64,000 bases of DNA, from NCBI GenBank assembly GCA_016215325.1, contig JACRJV010000026.1:31955-95954 (forward strand). The letters run 5' to 3'. Under the pieces are notes generated by a model, which worked only from the letters and a program-made list of their open reading frames with translations, ran no database searches and was not told the origin of the DNA. This DNA comes from Candidatus Uhrbacteria bacterium. GTDB taxonomy: Bacteria > Patescibacteriota > Patescibacteriia > JACRJV01. A program made the position numbers and the translations under genes. This document shows positions 38,216 to 48,394 of the stretch, piece by piece; the first letter of the stretch is position 1; each line of letters begins with the position of its first letter.

Positions 38216-39856
38216 TCACTTTCCTGGACATTGAGCAACAACATTCTGGTCGAACCCTTGCCCCGCAAAATTCTTGTCAAAATAATCGCTAAATTCTTTG
38301 GTGAGCTTCTGTGCTCGCGCGTCGTAGGCCGCAGGGTCTGCCCATGTTTGGCGGGGGTGCAACACCGTCGCATCCTCTACCCCCGGGCATGTGCGCGGCA
38401 CCATGATATGGAAAAGCGGATCGTGATCGTACTCCACTGTCTCTACAGTACCATCAATGGCGGCATGGACCAATGCCCGGGTCAAATTGATGTCCATGCG
38501 CTTACCCATTCCATAGGGGCCACCGCTCCAGCCGGTGTTAATGAGGTAAACGTTTGTTTGATGGTGCTGCGTGTACTGGTCAAACAACGTGGTGTAGTCC
38601 TTGGGCAGCCGTGGCATAAACGGCGCGCCAAAGAATCGCGAGAATGTCGTGGACGGTTCCTTGACCCCGACCTCGGTCCCAGCCAGCTTGCTGGTGTAGC
38701 CCATCAAAAACCAAAGGATCGCTTGTTCGCGTGTGAGCTTTGCCAAGGGCGGCAGCACGCCGTTGGCATCGGCCGTCAGTAAAATAAGTGTCTTGGGGTG
38801 CGAGCCGATGGCCCCGGGGTTGGTATGCTCTAAAAACGAAATTGGGTACGAGGTCCTGGAGTTTTCGGTCAACCGTTCGTCGTTCAAATCAAAGGTTCCG
38901 TCCGGCCACATCAAGGCATTCTCGATGATGCACCCATTCTGTTCAACTGGGCGGGGATCAAACGTAGCATGGTAAATGGCCGGCTCGCGGCTTGCATCCA
39001 GGCGCACTAATTTTGCATAGCAGCCGTACTCGTAATTGGCAATTCCCTCGCTGTTCCACCCGATTTCATCGTCCCCAATAAACGAATATTTCGGATCCGA
39101 CGAAAGCGTTGTTTTGCCGGTGCCAGAAAGCCCCAAGAACACGACGGTCTCGTGCGCATCCGTCTCGATCGCCGAAGCATGCAGCGACAAGATTCCATTG
39201 CCTGGCAACAAGTGGTTCATCACGGTAAACATCATTTTTTTGACAGTACCGCAATAGAGCGTGCCCATCACCAGGCAAATCCGCTGGTCCAAGTCCATGA
39301 CAATAGCAATCGGGATGGTTTTTCCATTTTCTTGCCGCAACCGGCCCTGGTACTTTTCGTGGCTCACAATCGCTGTCGGGGCAACCACAATCGTAAAGGG
39401 TTGGCTGGCAAACAGGCTCGACGCAACATCCGGTGGCACCGGGCGGAACATGGTGTCGGCGAACAATACCGAAGTGGCGCGATCGCTCACCACGGTCACG
39501 GGCAGGGCATATGAGCTGCGCGCCCCGATCACGCGATCGATCGCATAGATTTTTTTTGCTTGCCCCAACTGCGCCAAGGCATCGGCCAAGAGTTCTTCGA
39601 ATAATTCCGGCGCCATGGCGTTACTATTGGGCGATGTCCAGTCAGTTGTCACCTCGCTATCCGCGCGTTTTACAATGTACGTGTCTTTAGGACTGCGGCC
39701 CGTGGCATTGGCTGGATTCCACGTTGCCAAGGCACCGCTGGCAGTAACCAACGCCTCTTTGTTCGCGATGACTTCGTGGATCAGCGTTGGGCGCGATGGA
39801 TTTTTGATCGGCTGTGGATGCGATCGAAGCAGCGTTTGAATATCGGATGACGGCAT
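38216..39856 (-). CDS. pckA: phosphoenolpyruvate carboxykinase (ATP)
   Basis: 546 aa; kinase-1a loop GLSGTGKTTLS and full-length similarity to the ATP-PEPCK pattern. Confidence 0.9.
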   Translation of the reverse strand: MPSSDIQTLLRSHPQPIKNPSRPTLIHEVIANKEALVTASGALATWNPANATGRSPKDTYIVKRADSEVTTDWTSPNSNAMAPELFEELLADALAQLGQAKKIYAIDRVIGARSSYALPVTVVSDRATSVLFADTMFRPVPPDVASSLFASQPFTIVVAPTAIVSHEKYQGRLRQENGKTIPIAIVMDLDQRICLVMGTLYCGTVKKMMFTVMNHLLPGNGILSLHASAIETDAHETVVFLGLSGTGKTTLSSDPKYSFIGDDEIGWNSEGIANYEYGCYAKLVRLDASREPAIYHATFDPRPVEQNGCIIENALMWPDGTFDLNDERLTENSRTSYPISFLEHTNPGAIGSHPKTLILLTADANGVLPPLAKLTREQAILWFLMGYTSKLAGTEVGVKEPSTTFSRFFGAPFMPRLPKDYTTLFDQYTQHHQTNVYLINTGWSGGPYGMGKRMDINLTRALVHAAIDGTVETVEYDHDPLFHIMVPRTCPGVEDATVLHPRQTWADPAAYDARAQKLTKEFSDYFDKNFAGQGFDQNVVAQCPGK

Positions 39857-39920
39857 ACCATGGCTGTCATTCCGGGCTTGACCCGGAATCCAAAAAATAA
39901 AAAATGCCTGAGAATAAAAA

Positions 39921-40763
39921 TCAATTTGACTCTTTCAAATATTCTTCCTTCTTCACTAAATACACCATGGGCTGGGAGATCGTTCCCAATTCTTTCGGCA
40001 GCACTACCCACCGGCCGATATACCCTTTGGTCAATGCGGTCAGAATAAGCATAGTTTCGCTATGGTCGATCAACAACGGTTGATCGCCCGTGATCTCTTG
40101 TTCTTTGCGGGCAATCGACGCATGCAACAGCTCTTCGCTCGCGGGTGCTTGCAGCTTGGGCGTATTCAAATTTCGCAGCATCCGATACGCAAGACTCACA
40201 CGACGTCGATCCGCCAACGCGTTTTGGGGGAGATCTTCAATAATAAACCCGTCTTTCATGATGGTCCGCAGTGCTGGCCCATTGTTTGCGGCGACGATGG
40301 CTGTTGCCACTTCGCAGCCTGCTTCACGGGCAACATCAAGGCGCTTCTGTACAAGAAGGTTTGCGATGTTTTGTTCACGGTATTCTGGCAACACGAATTT
40401 AGAACCCAGATACGCCATCTTTACGCCGTTGCGATCATGCAGGTCCACTTGCGCGCCAGCAATAATATTTTCTTCTTTATCTCGAATCACGAATTTTCGC
40501 TTCACCACTTCATCGGGGCTGATAATACTGTAGTCGTAGGCATGTTCCTCTTTCGCCCATTCAGCCGATTGCTCAAAATCCCTTTGATCGTCCCATCCGT
40601 CGATATGCCCATGGTAGACCTTTCTGGCGGTATGACCAAACTCATAGTGTTCATCGGGAGGCAGAATTTCTTCCACATCGTCAATCGTAAACTGGCGTTC
40701 ATCCTTGGACTTGCGTTGCTCTTTCGGCGCCGCTGTTGTCGATGGCTTTAAAAATTCGAACAT
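39921..40763 (-). CDS. GNAT-domain protein (ORF to 40817)
   Basis: C-terminal half has GNAT motif A (REQNIANLLVQKRLDVAREAG). The N-terminal half is unassigned. Confidence 0.5.
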   Translation of the reverse strand: MFEFLKPSTTAAPKEQRKSKDERQFTIDDVEEILPPDEHYEFGHTARKVYHGHIDGWDDQRDFEQSAEWAKEEHAYDYSIISPDEVVKRKFVIRDKEENIIAGAQVDLHDRNGVKMAYLGSKFVLPEYREQNIANLLVQKRLDVAREAGCEVATAIVAANNGPALRTIMKDGFIIEDLPQNALADRRRVSLAYRMLRNLNTPKLQAPASEELLHASIARKEQEITGDQPLLIDHSETMLILTALTKGYIGRWVVLPKELGTISQPMVYLVKKEEYLKESN

Positions 40764-40803
40764 AACTCGTAATGACGTTCGCTGGGAGCAGACGATATAA
40801 TCC

Positions 40804-41607
40804 TTAGTTTCGTCCAAACACTCTCATCAATTCCTTAATAGTATCTGCGATACTCTGGAAAGTAAATGTATCCACCGATCGGATCGGTACAACACCAATA
40901 CTCGTGCCCGTCAATAATGCTCCGTCGTACGACTTAAGTGCGTCTGGTTTGACAAGGCGATCCACAACCTTGAATCCATTGCGTTTTGCGATAGCGAGCA
41001 CATGGCGCTGGGTCACCCCATCCAAAATCAGTTTGCTTGGCGGCTTACACAGCGTCCTGCCTTTGACAGCAAAAAAATTTGTGCGCGTCCCCTCGCGGAT
41101 AAACCCCTTGCTATCCACTGCCAGAGCATCATAGCACCCACATTGCTTTGCCTGCCGGTACGCTAAATAACTCCCGAGCATACTCAATGTCTTTGCCTGC
41201 GGAAAGGGACGCTCAAATGAAACAACCGTCGTCGATACTCCGTGCGTATACCACTCTTTCTTTGGGAACAGCGGTGCCATGGGAAGGAAAAAACAACGGG
41301 CATCCTTCGGCTCACTGGCGCCCACCAACAATATTTTTAGGTTGTATGCCGGCTCTTGGATCTTACTCGTAAGCCGATCAATCCATTGCGTAAGTTGTTG
41401 GGTGCTCAATCGGTGCTCAAGGCCAATAATGCGCGCCGAACGGAATAATCGCTCCAAGTGTTCATCACAATACTGCGCTCCGCCCTTAACCACTCGTAAG
41501 TGCTCATACGCCCCAAACCCATACGCAAACTCAATATTGGTGACTGGCAATACCGCTTGGTTGATCGGAACAATCTTGCCGTTTATGGAACAGTGATCAA
41601 GTGGCAT
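40804..41607 (-). CDS. class IV aminotransferase (BCAT / D-amino-acid aminotransferase / ADCL family) (ORF to 41634)
   Basis: The conserved fold IV start INGKIVPINQAVLPVTNIEFAYGFGAYE and the overall length support the call. Confidence 0.75.
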   Translation of the reverse strand: MPLDHCSINGKIVPINQAVLPVTNIEFAYGFGAYEHLRVVKGGAQYCDEHLERLFRSARIIGLEHRLSTQQLTQWIDRLTSKIQEPAYNLKILLVGASEPKDARCFFLPMAPLFPKKEWYTHGVSTTVVSFERPFPQAKTLSMLGSYLAYRQAKQCGCYDALAVDSKGFIREGTRTNFFAVKGRTLCKPPSKLILDGVTQRHVLAIAKRNGFKVVDRLVKPDALKSYDGALLTGTSIGVVPIRSVDTFTFQSIADTIKELMRVFGRN

Positions 41608-41726
41608 ACATAATTCCCAACTTCTAATATCCAATGTCTAATAAAATGTTCAATGTTTATTTTGGCATTTGACATTGAGAATTTTATTAGGAATTAGATA
41701 TTGTTGAGCGACTCCTCTAAACTAAC

Positions 41727-42320
41727 TCAAGGCAATGACATGCCAATTCGTGCGAGCTCGCCTCTCAACTGCTCCGTGCTTTGATAGAGCACCGCCTTCA
41801 TACCAAACCCGCGCGCCCGGTCAACATTCTTCCGGAGATCATCAATGAGTACGATATCCGCGGCCGGGACTCCCAGCGAACGGATGACATGGGGGAAACT
41901 CCCCGGATCCGTTTTAATCATCCCCATCTCGTGCGATTCAAACACATTGTTTGAAAGCGCGACCAGATCGATAAAACCGGCAATGCGCCGATGTTGCCAT
42001 GCATTCGTGTCCGTAATAATTGCCACGCGTTCCCGCGGAATCGACTGGATAATTCCAACAACGTTATCATTGCGGCGAGTAAAGTGCTCGTCATGCGCGC
42101 GCTGAATTGTCGCAATATCAACAACTTTATTGAAATGACGGTCATTGAGCAACCGCACATATTCATTGTCGCTCAATCTACCGCGGCTAAAGTCTTCGAA
42201 TTCTTGCTTATACATTTGCATTGCTCCGGCGCGATGTACTCCCGCTTCTTGCAATATCCGAAACGATATTTCATCGTCAAAATCGACCATCACCCCGGCA
42301 ACATCACACAGGACAATCAT
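41727..42320 (-). CDS. HAD-superfamily hydrolase (ORF to 42368)
   Basis: Motif I VLCDVAGVMVDFDDE (DxD). Overlaps the holin-like gene by 4 bp. Confidence 0.7.
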   Translation of the reverse strand: MIVLCDVAGVMVDFDDEISFRILQEAGVHRAGAMQMYKQEFEDFSRGRLSDNEYVRLLNDRHFNKVVDIATIQRAHDEHFTRRNDNVVGIIQSIPRERVAIITDTNAWQHRRIAGFIDLVALSNNVFESHEMGMIKTDPGSFPHVIRSLGVPAADIVLIDDLRKNVDRARGFGMKAVLYQSTEQLRGELARIGMSLP

Positions 42321-42676
42321 ACTCGATGCTCCCCCAGACCGGTCCGCAACAGGCCATTCACCACCCAAAGTACAATGCTAAAGAAGAGAGCGGGCAAGAA
42401 TCCCGCGACTTCAAACCCGGGCACCAAGGACCCGGCCAATTGCACCAGCAGTGCATTGATCACCAATGTAAGGAGCCCAAGCGTCATGATATTGAGCGGC
42501 AATGTGAGTACGATAATAATGGGCCGGATGAACATATTGATAAACCCGAGTACAAGCGCTGCCACAAAGGCGGCGAAAACGCTCGTGACCGTGACCCCAG
42601 GGATAATGTAGGCGCTCACCAGCACCGCAAGGGTCGCAATAAACCAGTGGACAAGGGGGTGGACGCGATAGGCCAT
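42317..42676 (-). CDS. small 4-TM membrane protein, phage-holin family (holin_4_2-like)
   Basis: 119 aa with four hydrophobic helices, highly similar to the widespread holin-4 family membrane proteins. Confidence 0.55.
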   Translation of the reverse strand: MAYRVHPLVHWFIATLAVLVSAYIIPGVTVTSVFAAFVAALVLGFINMFIRPIIIVLTLPLNIMTLGLLTLVINALLVQLAGSLVPGFEVAGFLPALFFSIVLWVVNGLLRTGLGEHRV

Positions 42677-42799
42677 AGGATATCAAGGGATAACAGGTTA
42701 ATAGGGATATAGAGGGCACAAGGCAAATGGATCAGTTTCGCTCCCCTATATCCATTACATCCTTATCTCCTGATATTCTCTATCTCCAAATTTTAAACT

Positions 42800-44101
42800 C
42801 TAAATCTCCCGCAAATACCCCCACGTGTGCAGCCGATCGCTGTCTTCGTACCATCGGTCTCCAATATCCGTACGGTAATACATGTGGGGGATATTAATGT
42901 GCTTAATGCGGTTGTAGGCCTGCGTTTGCGCCTGCCGCATGGTCTGACCTTGGCCGCACACCACCATCACCACGCCCGACGTCCCAGTCACCACCCACTC
43001 GCCATTCACCAGCTTAACATCCTCGATGTGGATGCCTTCCGTGGGATTTTTGGTATTTTTATCAAAAAAGACGACGTTATCTTTTGACTGCACTTCAAAG
43101 GTTTCTTTGTCTTTGAATGGGAACGGCGGCACAACAATTTGGACTCCGATCGTAAACCCGCTTTTGACTTTGAATTTTTGCAGCGTCCCATTGGCCAAAT
43201 CAAAGAACAATTCTCCCATTGGCGTAATAATTCCCTCCTGTTGGATAAAAATCGTCGGCCACCCAAACCGCGCGGTCCATTCGAGCGGATAGATGCCGTA
43301 GTTATTGGCAATGCAGTTAATGTCGATGTACCCCACAAATCCCTCCTGGGCAAGCTTGCCTTCCATCCTTTTAAGCGTTTGGTTAAAGATCCGGTTCGGC
43401 CCGGACCAAAATAAACTGGTGCCCATTTCGCCCGTCGATGGCCCAATATTGCCGGGGAACAATTTTTTGTGTTCAAAGTTGATGTTAATGGGCATGGCAA
43501 ATTCCTTGCCATTAAAAAATCCGCCCACCGCAAGTTCTACCCCTTGGATCGTCCGCTGGAGTTGGAACTGCGGGATCTTTTTCGACCATGCCTTTTGATA
43601 ATCCTCTAAGACCGCAATCACATCGCGGCCGTCGTCTTCGCTGCCCACAAACAATAAACTTTTGTTTGTTTGTGCCTGGCCGCTCGGCTTTATCACATAG
43701 CGGTTTGGGTTTTCGCGCACGTAGGCAATTGCGTCATCAAAAGACGTAAAATCTTTATACGGGATTATCGAAACACCGTTACTTTTGAGCTCTTCTTGGC
43801 CAAAGGCGCGATCATCCTCCAGCCGATCGGTGTACGGGGTGCCGCCGATCACGGCTTTCCCAATCTGACGCAACTTCTGCGCTTTCACCCCTTGGCCCAA
43901 CACGTCATCAAGCACAATCACGTCGGCCCAATCCACTTCCGCCTTCCAGTCGTCACACTTTGGCACAAAGCCATCAGCGACGTCTTTTTCCGACCCGTGT
44001 TCAATACAGTACTTTACCTGGTGCCCCTCTTTAGTAAGCTGCCAGGCAATGTCGCCAATGAGTCCTTCCAGTGAAATGAATAAAAACTTTTTTGGTTCCA
44101 T
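42800..44101 (-). CDS. phosphoribosylamine--glycine ligase-like ATP-grasp enzyme (PurD family; ORF to 44263, start at MEPKKFLFISLEG likely)
   Basis: PurD-like N-terminus (KFLFISLEGLIGDIAWQL...GHQV) and an ATP-grasp core. No other pur genes are nearby. Confidence 0.55.
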   Translation of the reverse strand: MEPKKFLFISLEGLIGDIAWQLTKEGHQVKYCIEHGSEKDVADGFVPKCDDWKAEVDWADVIVLDDVLGQGVKAQKLRQIGKAVIGGTPYTDRLEDDRAFGQEELKSNGVSIIPYKDFTSFDDAIAYVRENPNRYVIKPSGQAQTNKSLLFVGSEDDGRDVIAVLEDYQKAWSKKIPQFQLQRTIQGVELAVGGFFNGKEFAMPININFEHKKLFPGNIGPSTGEMGTSLFWSGPNRIFNQTLKRMEGKLAQEGFVGYIDINCIANNYGIYPLEWTARFGWPTIFIQQEGIITPMGELFFDLANGTLQKFKVKSGFTIGVQIVVPPFPFKDKETFEVQSKDNVVFFDKNTKNPTEGIHIEDVKLVNGEWVVTGTSGVVMVVCGQGQTMRQAQTQAYNRIKHINIPHMYYRTDIGDRWYEDSDRLHTWGYLREI

Positions 44102-44231
44102 ATCTTTAGTAATGCATCCTCTGTCATCCTGGCCGAGACCAGCCTGCCTGCCGGCGGGGATCCGGATTCTGACTAAGCCAGAAGGATCGCGGATGATTAT
44201 TGCATACACCAATCCTAGCAGATCCTGCGAT

Positions 44232-44681
44232 TCAATCAATGCCTTCAACAAATTCACTATCACTGTCGAATTGCATGTTGTTCAAATTACCATGGAGCAC
44301 AATCGGCTTTGTCGCCTCAATCTCGGTTTTATAAAGTTCGATATTCGGGATTGGGTTGAGTAAATAAATTTTCTTGTCCAACACATGGGCGAATCCGATC
44401 TCCATCAGCGTATTACCGCCAATATAATGTGCGATGCCCTTGCGATCAAGATTCATCACAAGGATAGCATCCGAAGCTTTTATTTTTTCCCAATGCTCTT
44501 TGATGGCATCGTTTTGATATTTATGGTGCAAGGTAAGCGCCAGTTTGTCTTCGTCGCTGCGCCCCAAGTAGCTCTCAATAAATTCCGAAACAAAAACCCG
44601 ATGCCCCAAGGCCTCGAGTTTCTGTTGATAATCGATCATCTGCTCGGCCAATGCCATGCTTCCACAAATCGTGATGGTCAT
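44232..44681 (-). CDS. nucleoside 2-deoxyribosyltransferase-like protein
   Basis: ICGSMAL ... MEIGFAHVLDKKIYLL pattern of the NDT/LOG-like Rossmann family; 149 aa. Confidence 0.45.
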   Translation of the reverse strand: MTITICGSMALAEQMIDYQQKLEALGHRVFVSEFIESYLGRSDEDKLALTLHHKYQNDAIKEHWEKIKASDAILVMNLDRKGIAHYIGGNTLMEIGFAHVLDKKIYLLNPIPNIELYKTEIEATKPIVLHGNLNNMQFDSDSEFVEGID

Positions 44682-44712
44682 ACACTAAACGGCATCCTCA
44701 AGAGTATCTTTT

Positions 44713-45237
44713 TCACAATGGCGCGGGTGTAGCAACGGCACGCTTGGAGCGGATCAAATACCCAAACCCCTGATACGCTCCGAAGAACGCTCCGGTATAC
44801 AGGAGATCCCCTAACAACGTGTTGCGGAAGAATGGGAGCCCCAGAGTATACGAAAGCATCAACCCCGCCGGAGTATGCGGATACCAACTCGAGAGTAACC
44901 ACACGGCGAAGTTTGTAACCAAAAAAAAGAACGTCGAGGCAACAAGGGAGCCTGCCAGCAATATGCTCGGGTCTTTCCATCGCCGCAGAACCCGCCCAAT
45001 CCCGACGGTCACGATAAAACTCCCATACACGGTCGCCATCAAGCGCAGATCATAAAACCCCACAAACAGATCGCTCGCGAGCATGGCCCCAATAGGCAAT
45101 GCCCAACCCCACCGCTTGGGCAGATAGACGCCTGCCCACAAGGCCAAGGCGGCAATGGGTGCAACATTGGGCGCATGCGGGATCAGTCGGGTGATGATGC
45201 TAACGAGCAAAAACGTTCCTCCAAAAATCAAATTCAT
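44713..45237 (-). CDS. hypothetical membrane protein (possible substrate-capture component paired with the DUF4430 protein)
   Basis: 174 aa with five or six TM helices; directly downstream of the DUF4430 gene. Confidence 0.45.
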   Translation of the reverse strand: MNLIFGGTFLLVSIITRLIPHAPNVAPIAALALWAGVYLPKRWGWALPIGAMLASDLFVGFYDLRLMATVYGSFIVTVGIGRVLRRWKDPSILLAGSLVASTFFFLVTNFAVWLLSSWYPHTPAGLMLSYTLGLPFFRNTLLGDLLYTGAFFGAYQGFGYLIRSKRAVATPAPL

Positions 45238-45265
45238 ACCATGTCAGTTAAATCCGTAACAAAAT

Positions 45266-45700
45266 TCACATCCTCGCCCCGGTGAATTTCCACTCTACAA
45301 CATCACCGCTCTTGAGTAAATACTGGTCTGCCCCCACTGCCGGATACCGGCCATTCACCCAGTATTGCCAATATTTCGTCTCCCCATTTTGCACGGGCCC
45401 AATTTTTGTCACCATGGTGCCGATCCCTTTGTATTCCTTTGTTTCAACTGTGATCTCCTTCGCAGCCAGCGCTGCAATGACTGCTTGCAATACTGTATGC
45501 CCGTCGGAAAACGCTGCATCATTAATCACGGTCAATGTCTTATCATCGTTATAATCGACCATCAATTGGAATACTCCTGCCGTTTGCTTTTGGGCCGGGG
45601 CTTCAACGGGGGTTGGCGCATCGGGGACTCCCCAAACCATGTATCCAATAACCAAGCCCGTGACGAGAAACAACGGTGAGAGAAACATTTTGCGATTCAT
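45266..45700 (-). CDS. DUF4430 domain-containing exported protein (BtuG-like)
   Basis: Signal peptide. The YWQYWVNGRYPAVGADQYLLKSGDVVEWKF C-terminus is typical of DUF4430. Confidence 0.55.
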   Translation of the reverse strand: MNRKMFLSPLFLVTGLVIGYMVWGVPDAPTPVEAPAQKQTAGVFQLMVDYNDDKTLTVINDAAFSDGHTVLQAVIAALAAKEITVETKEYKGIGTMVTKIGPVQNGETKYWQYWVNGRYPAVGADQYLLKSGDVVEWKFTGARM

Positions 45701-45712
45701 AGAATGAAGAAT

Positions 45713-46222
45713 TTATGGCAGCGATAGCGCCTCCGCAATCACCTCAAGCGGGTGACGTTTTGAAGAGTACCATTTGAGCGACCGCAGCGCCTCTATGTTG
45801 CTGGCATCTTTCCATTCTGCCAATTCCATGTACTCCTTTTCACGTCCGTCAAAAAACTTCGTACTCAGCGCTCCGCCCACCACCCTGCACCGATAGTACA
45901 AAAGCACTGCATGGAAATACCGGTCTGCATCCCATTGTTTATAAAACGACGTATCAGCGGTGATGAGATGCCCAACCTCGACCTCTAACCCCGTCTCTTC
46001 TTTTACTTCCCGTTGGAGCGCTTGGCTGATTGTTTCGCCAATTTCAACTCCCCCGCCCGGGAAATCGTACCCTCCCCATTGTTTGGAGAGCAAGATCTTG
46101 CCATTGTCAATAATCACGCCGTACACCGATGGCCGAAACACGAGGCGTTCCCGGGGGGTGGTGTACAAGTTCCCGTCGCGGTCGTGGCAGACAACAGTTG
46201 ATGGAGTGCTCATACTACCCAT
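45713..46222 (-). CDS. NUDIX hydrolase
   Basis: Nudix box GGGVEIGETISQALQREVKEETG. Confidence 0.75.
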   Translation of the reverse strand: MGSMSTPSTVVCHDRDGNLYTTPRERLVFRPSVYGVIIDNGKILLSKQWGGYDFPGGGVEIGETISQALQREVKEETGLEVEVGHLITADTSFYKQWDADRYFHAVLLYYRCRVVGGALSTKFFDGREKEYMELAEWKDASNIEALRSLKWYSSKRHPLEVIAEALSLP

Positions 46223-47084
46223 TCTTCTGCTGTTTGCGCTCCAGTGCGGTCAATTGTGATTCCGCCGCGGCCATAAAATGGGTAGGATCATCGCCCAACG
46301 CGCCGTGGCCGCCCACCATCGAGACAAATCCAGTGATCATATCGCTCTTGACCATTTTCTGCATGCGGTCCATGGGGTAGAGCGGATCATCCACGCTGCT
46401 CATCACAACCACCTGAACACCGTTTTCATGCAGCTTCTTGAGCATGTCCTGTATCTGGACACTGGAAATATCCCAAATTTCTTTTGCCGCGCGGGCTGGA
46501 TTGGCCGCCACGTACTTAGTTCCTTCTTTCAGGGCCGTGATCGGCACTTCTTTTTCTGTTTTGGCCGGCGTCGGAAACCGCCGATTCATACTTTCGGTGC
46601 GCCCAAGAAATTGCTGCATGTATCTGCCGGTCATCTGCAGAATGCTATCGCCGCCAATAAGTCCGCTGGGGGCAACGATGATAACGGAATCGAATAGTCC
46701 CGGATTATCGTGGGCTGCCTTCACCAAATTCGACCCGCCATTGGAGTGCGTAATGGCTTGGAGATGCGACAACCCTTTGTGGCGCAGCACATCACGGATC
46801 GTCGCCGCTTTGCGTTCTTCTTCGGTGGCAAACTTGGCCCCTCCGCGACGCGGGCTATCCAAGGCGATCACGCGACGGCCCTGATTGTAGAGTTCTTCCA
46901 ATCCCGGTCGGTACACTTCAAGAGGGCACGCCCATGCATTGGCAAAAAAGACCGGGGTCTCGCTTTTACAATTGGGCGGCGTGATGTCGATTACGTCTGC
47001 TACTCCCCCGGCAGTCTCAATCTTCTCCCGTTTTGCATACTGCGCGTCGAATGAGCGTTCATTCTGATTCATCTCAAAGGGCAT
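46215..47084 (-). CDS. alpha/beta hydrolase
   Basis: THSNGG nucleophile elbow; 289 aa. Confidence 0.65.
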   Translation of the reverse strand: MPFEMNQNERSFDAQYAKREKIETAGGVADVIDITPPNCKSETPVFFANAWACPLEVYRPGLEELYNQGRRVIALDSPRRGGAKFATEEERKAATIRDVLRHKGLSHLQAITHSNGGSNLVKAAHDNPGLFDSVIIVAPSGLIGGDSILQMTGRYMQQFLGRTESMNRRFPTPAKTEKEVPITALKEGTKYVAANPARAAKEIWDISSVQIQDMLKKLHENGVQVVVMSSVDDPLYPMDRMQKMVKSDMITGFVSMVGGHGALGDDPTHFMAAAESQLTALERKQQKNG

Positions 47085-47102
47085 AGATGAGGCTCAAAAG
47101 TA

Positions 47103-47564
47103 TTAAATTTTCTTTGAAAAAACGTAGGAATCATCATTATCCCAATTCTTTGTAATTCGACCACAACGACCAAATCCCATTCTTCTGTGGAGGGCGATAG
47201 AAGGTTTGTTTATGGTATCACAATCGCTCATGATTTCTCTATACCCTTGTCGCTTGGCAATAGCAATGACGTGTTCGACCAATGCTCGGGCAACCCCGTG
47301 TCGACGCAGCGGTGCTTGGACAAACACATCCTGAAGGTGGATTTTATTCCAAAGAGTGCCCCAAACGAGGTAGGCGATCACTTCCCGATTGCTGACGGCC
47401 ACTAGGCAGCGACGTCCACGGATACACTCACGAATATGTCGCGATCCCTGTTGCGTATTGTTCGCCCACCACCCAGGCCATGAGCACTTGCTGAGCCGGA
47501 TGCACGCGGCGACATCGTTTGAACGGGCATACCGAATCAACACTTCACCAATGGGGCGGTCCAT
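47103..47564 (-). CDS. GNAT family N-acetyltransferase
   Basis: 153 aa; RRHGVARALVEHVIAIAKRQG motif A. Confidence 0.7.
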   Translation of the reverse strand: MDRPIGEVLIRYARSNDVAACIRLSKCSWPGWWANNTQQGSRHIRECIRGRRCLVAVSNREVIAYLVWGTLWNKIHLQDVFVQAPLRRHGVARALVEHVIAIAKRQGYREIMSDCDTINKPSIALHRRMGFGRCGRITKNWDNDDSYVFSKKI

Positions 47565-47570
47565 ACAATA

Positions 47571-48122
47571 TTACATCTTTTCCAATTCATCCTTTGCGTC
47601 TTGATACCATACCTTGGCTATTCTTTTTGCCTCAGATGATTTCAATCGAGTGTTAAACATGTAATCGAGTTTTTCTTTCATCCATTCCTTCATTCTCCCA
47701 TTTTTGAGATAATTTTTCACCTGCCGGAGAGCCTTTTGTTCAAAGAAACTCAAACAATCTGCATCGCATAGCACATTCTGGTCATTATCGCCGCCGATTT
47801 CGTATGCATGAACAAGATGCTGGACGCGGTCGATAAAGTCCAATGATGCGCCTTCCTTGGTCAGGAACATTCCGACGATGGTTGCCGAAAACTCCTGGTG
47901 CATGGTGAGCAGCTCGGAGTCCATGGACCCGTGCTTCCAATCTCCGAATAACGCTCGCTCGATATCGTGAGCCACGGCCGCGGTGAGTAATGCTTCGTCT
48001 GCATCTGGTTTGAGCTTCTTCACCCACCCAGCCGTATTCAATTGATGCTCGATGTCCCGGAGCTTCCCAGTCTTCGTGCAAATATCGATCATGAATTCTT
48101 CTGTTTTTTTGTAGAGATCCAT
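47571..48122 (-). CDS. HD domain-containing phosphohydrolase (ORF to 48176)
   Basis: The H...HD...D pattern (AAVAHDIERALFGDW) places it in the HD-domain phosphohydrolase family. Confidence 0.55.
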   Translation of the reverse strand: MDLYKKTEEFMIDICTKTGKLRDIEHQLNTAGWVKKLKPDADEALLTAAVAHDIERALFGDWKHGSMDSELLTMHQEFSATIVGMFLTKEGASLDFIDRVQHLVHAYEIGGDNDQNVLCDADCLSFFEQKALRQVKNYLKNGRMKEWMKEKLDYMFNTRLKSSEAKRIAKVWYQDAKDELEKM

Positions 48123-48129
48123 ATTGCCC

Positions 48130-48390
48130 CTATTGATAGACAAATCTCCGATGCTCGATCTCATAGAATAACGCACTATTCTTTGCTTTCCATGCGTACA
48201 ACACCCTGTATCTGCGCGTCACACGAAAACTCCATAATCCTTTCAAACGCCCTCGCAGCGGCTTGGCATGAAGGCGAGAGTCAATAGGGTTCAATCGGAA
48301 TATTCGTTCTTGCTCAATGGCGAGACGCTGGATATCGATGAGTAATCGTCGAAACGAGCGCACAAAGTTCGACGAATACTCGATGGTCAT
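48130..48390 (-). CDS. type II toxin-antitoxin system RelE/ParE family toxin
   Basis: 86 aa; the HAKPLRGRLKGLWSFRVTRRYRVLYAW block matches the RelE/ParE family pattern. Confidence 0.7.
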   Translation of the reverse strand: MTIEYSSNFVRSFRRLLIDIQRLAIEQERIFRLNPIDSRLHAKPLRGRLKGLWSFRVTRRYRVLYAWKAKNSALFYEIEHRRFVYQ

Positions 48391-48394
48391 AGAT

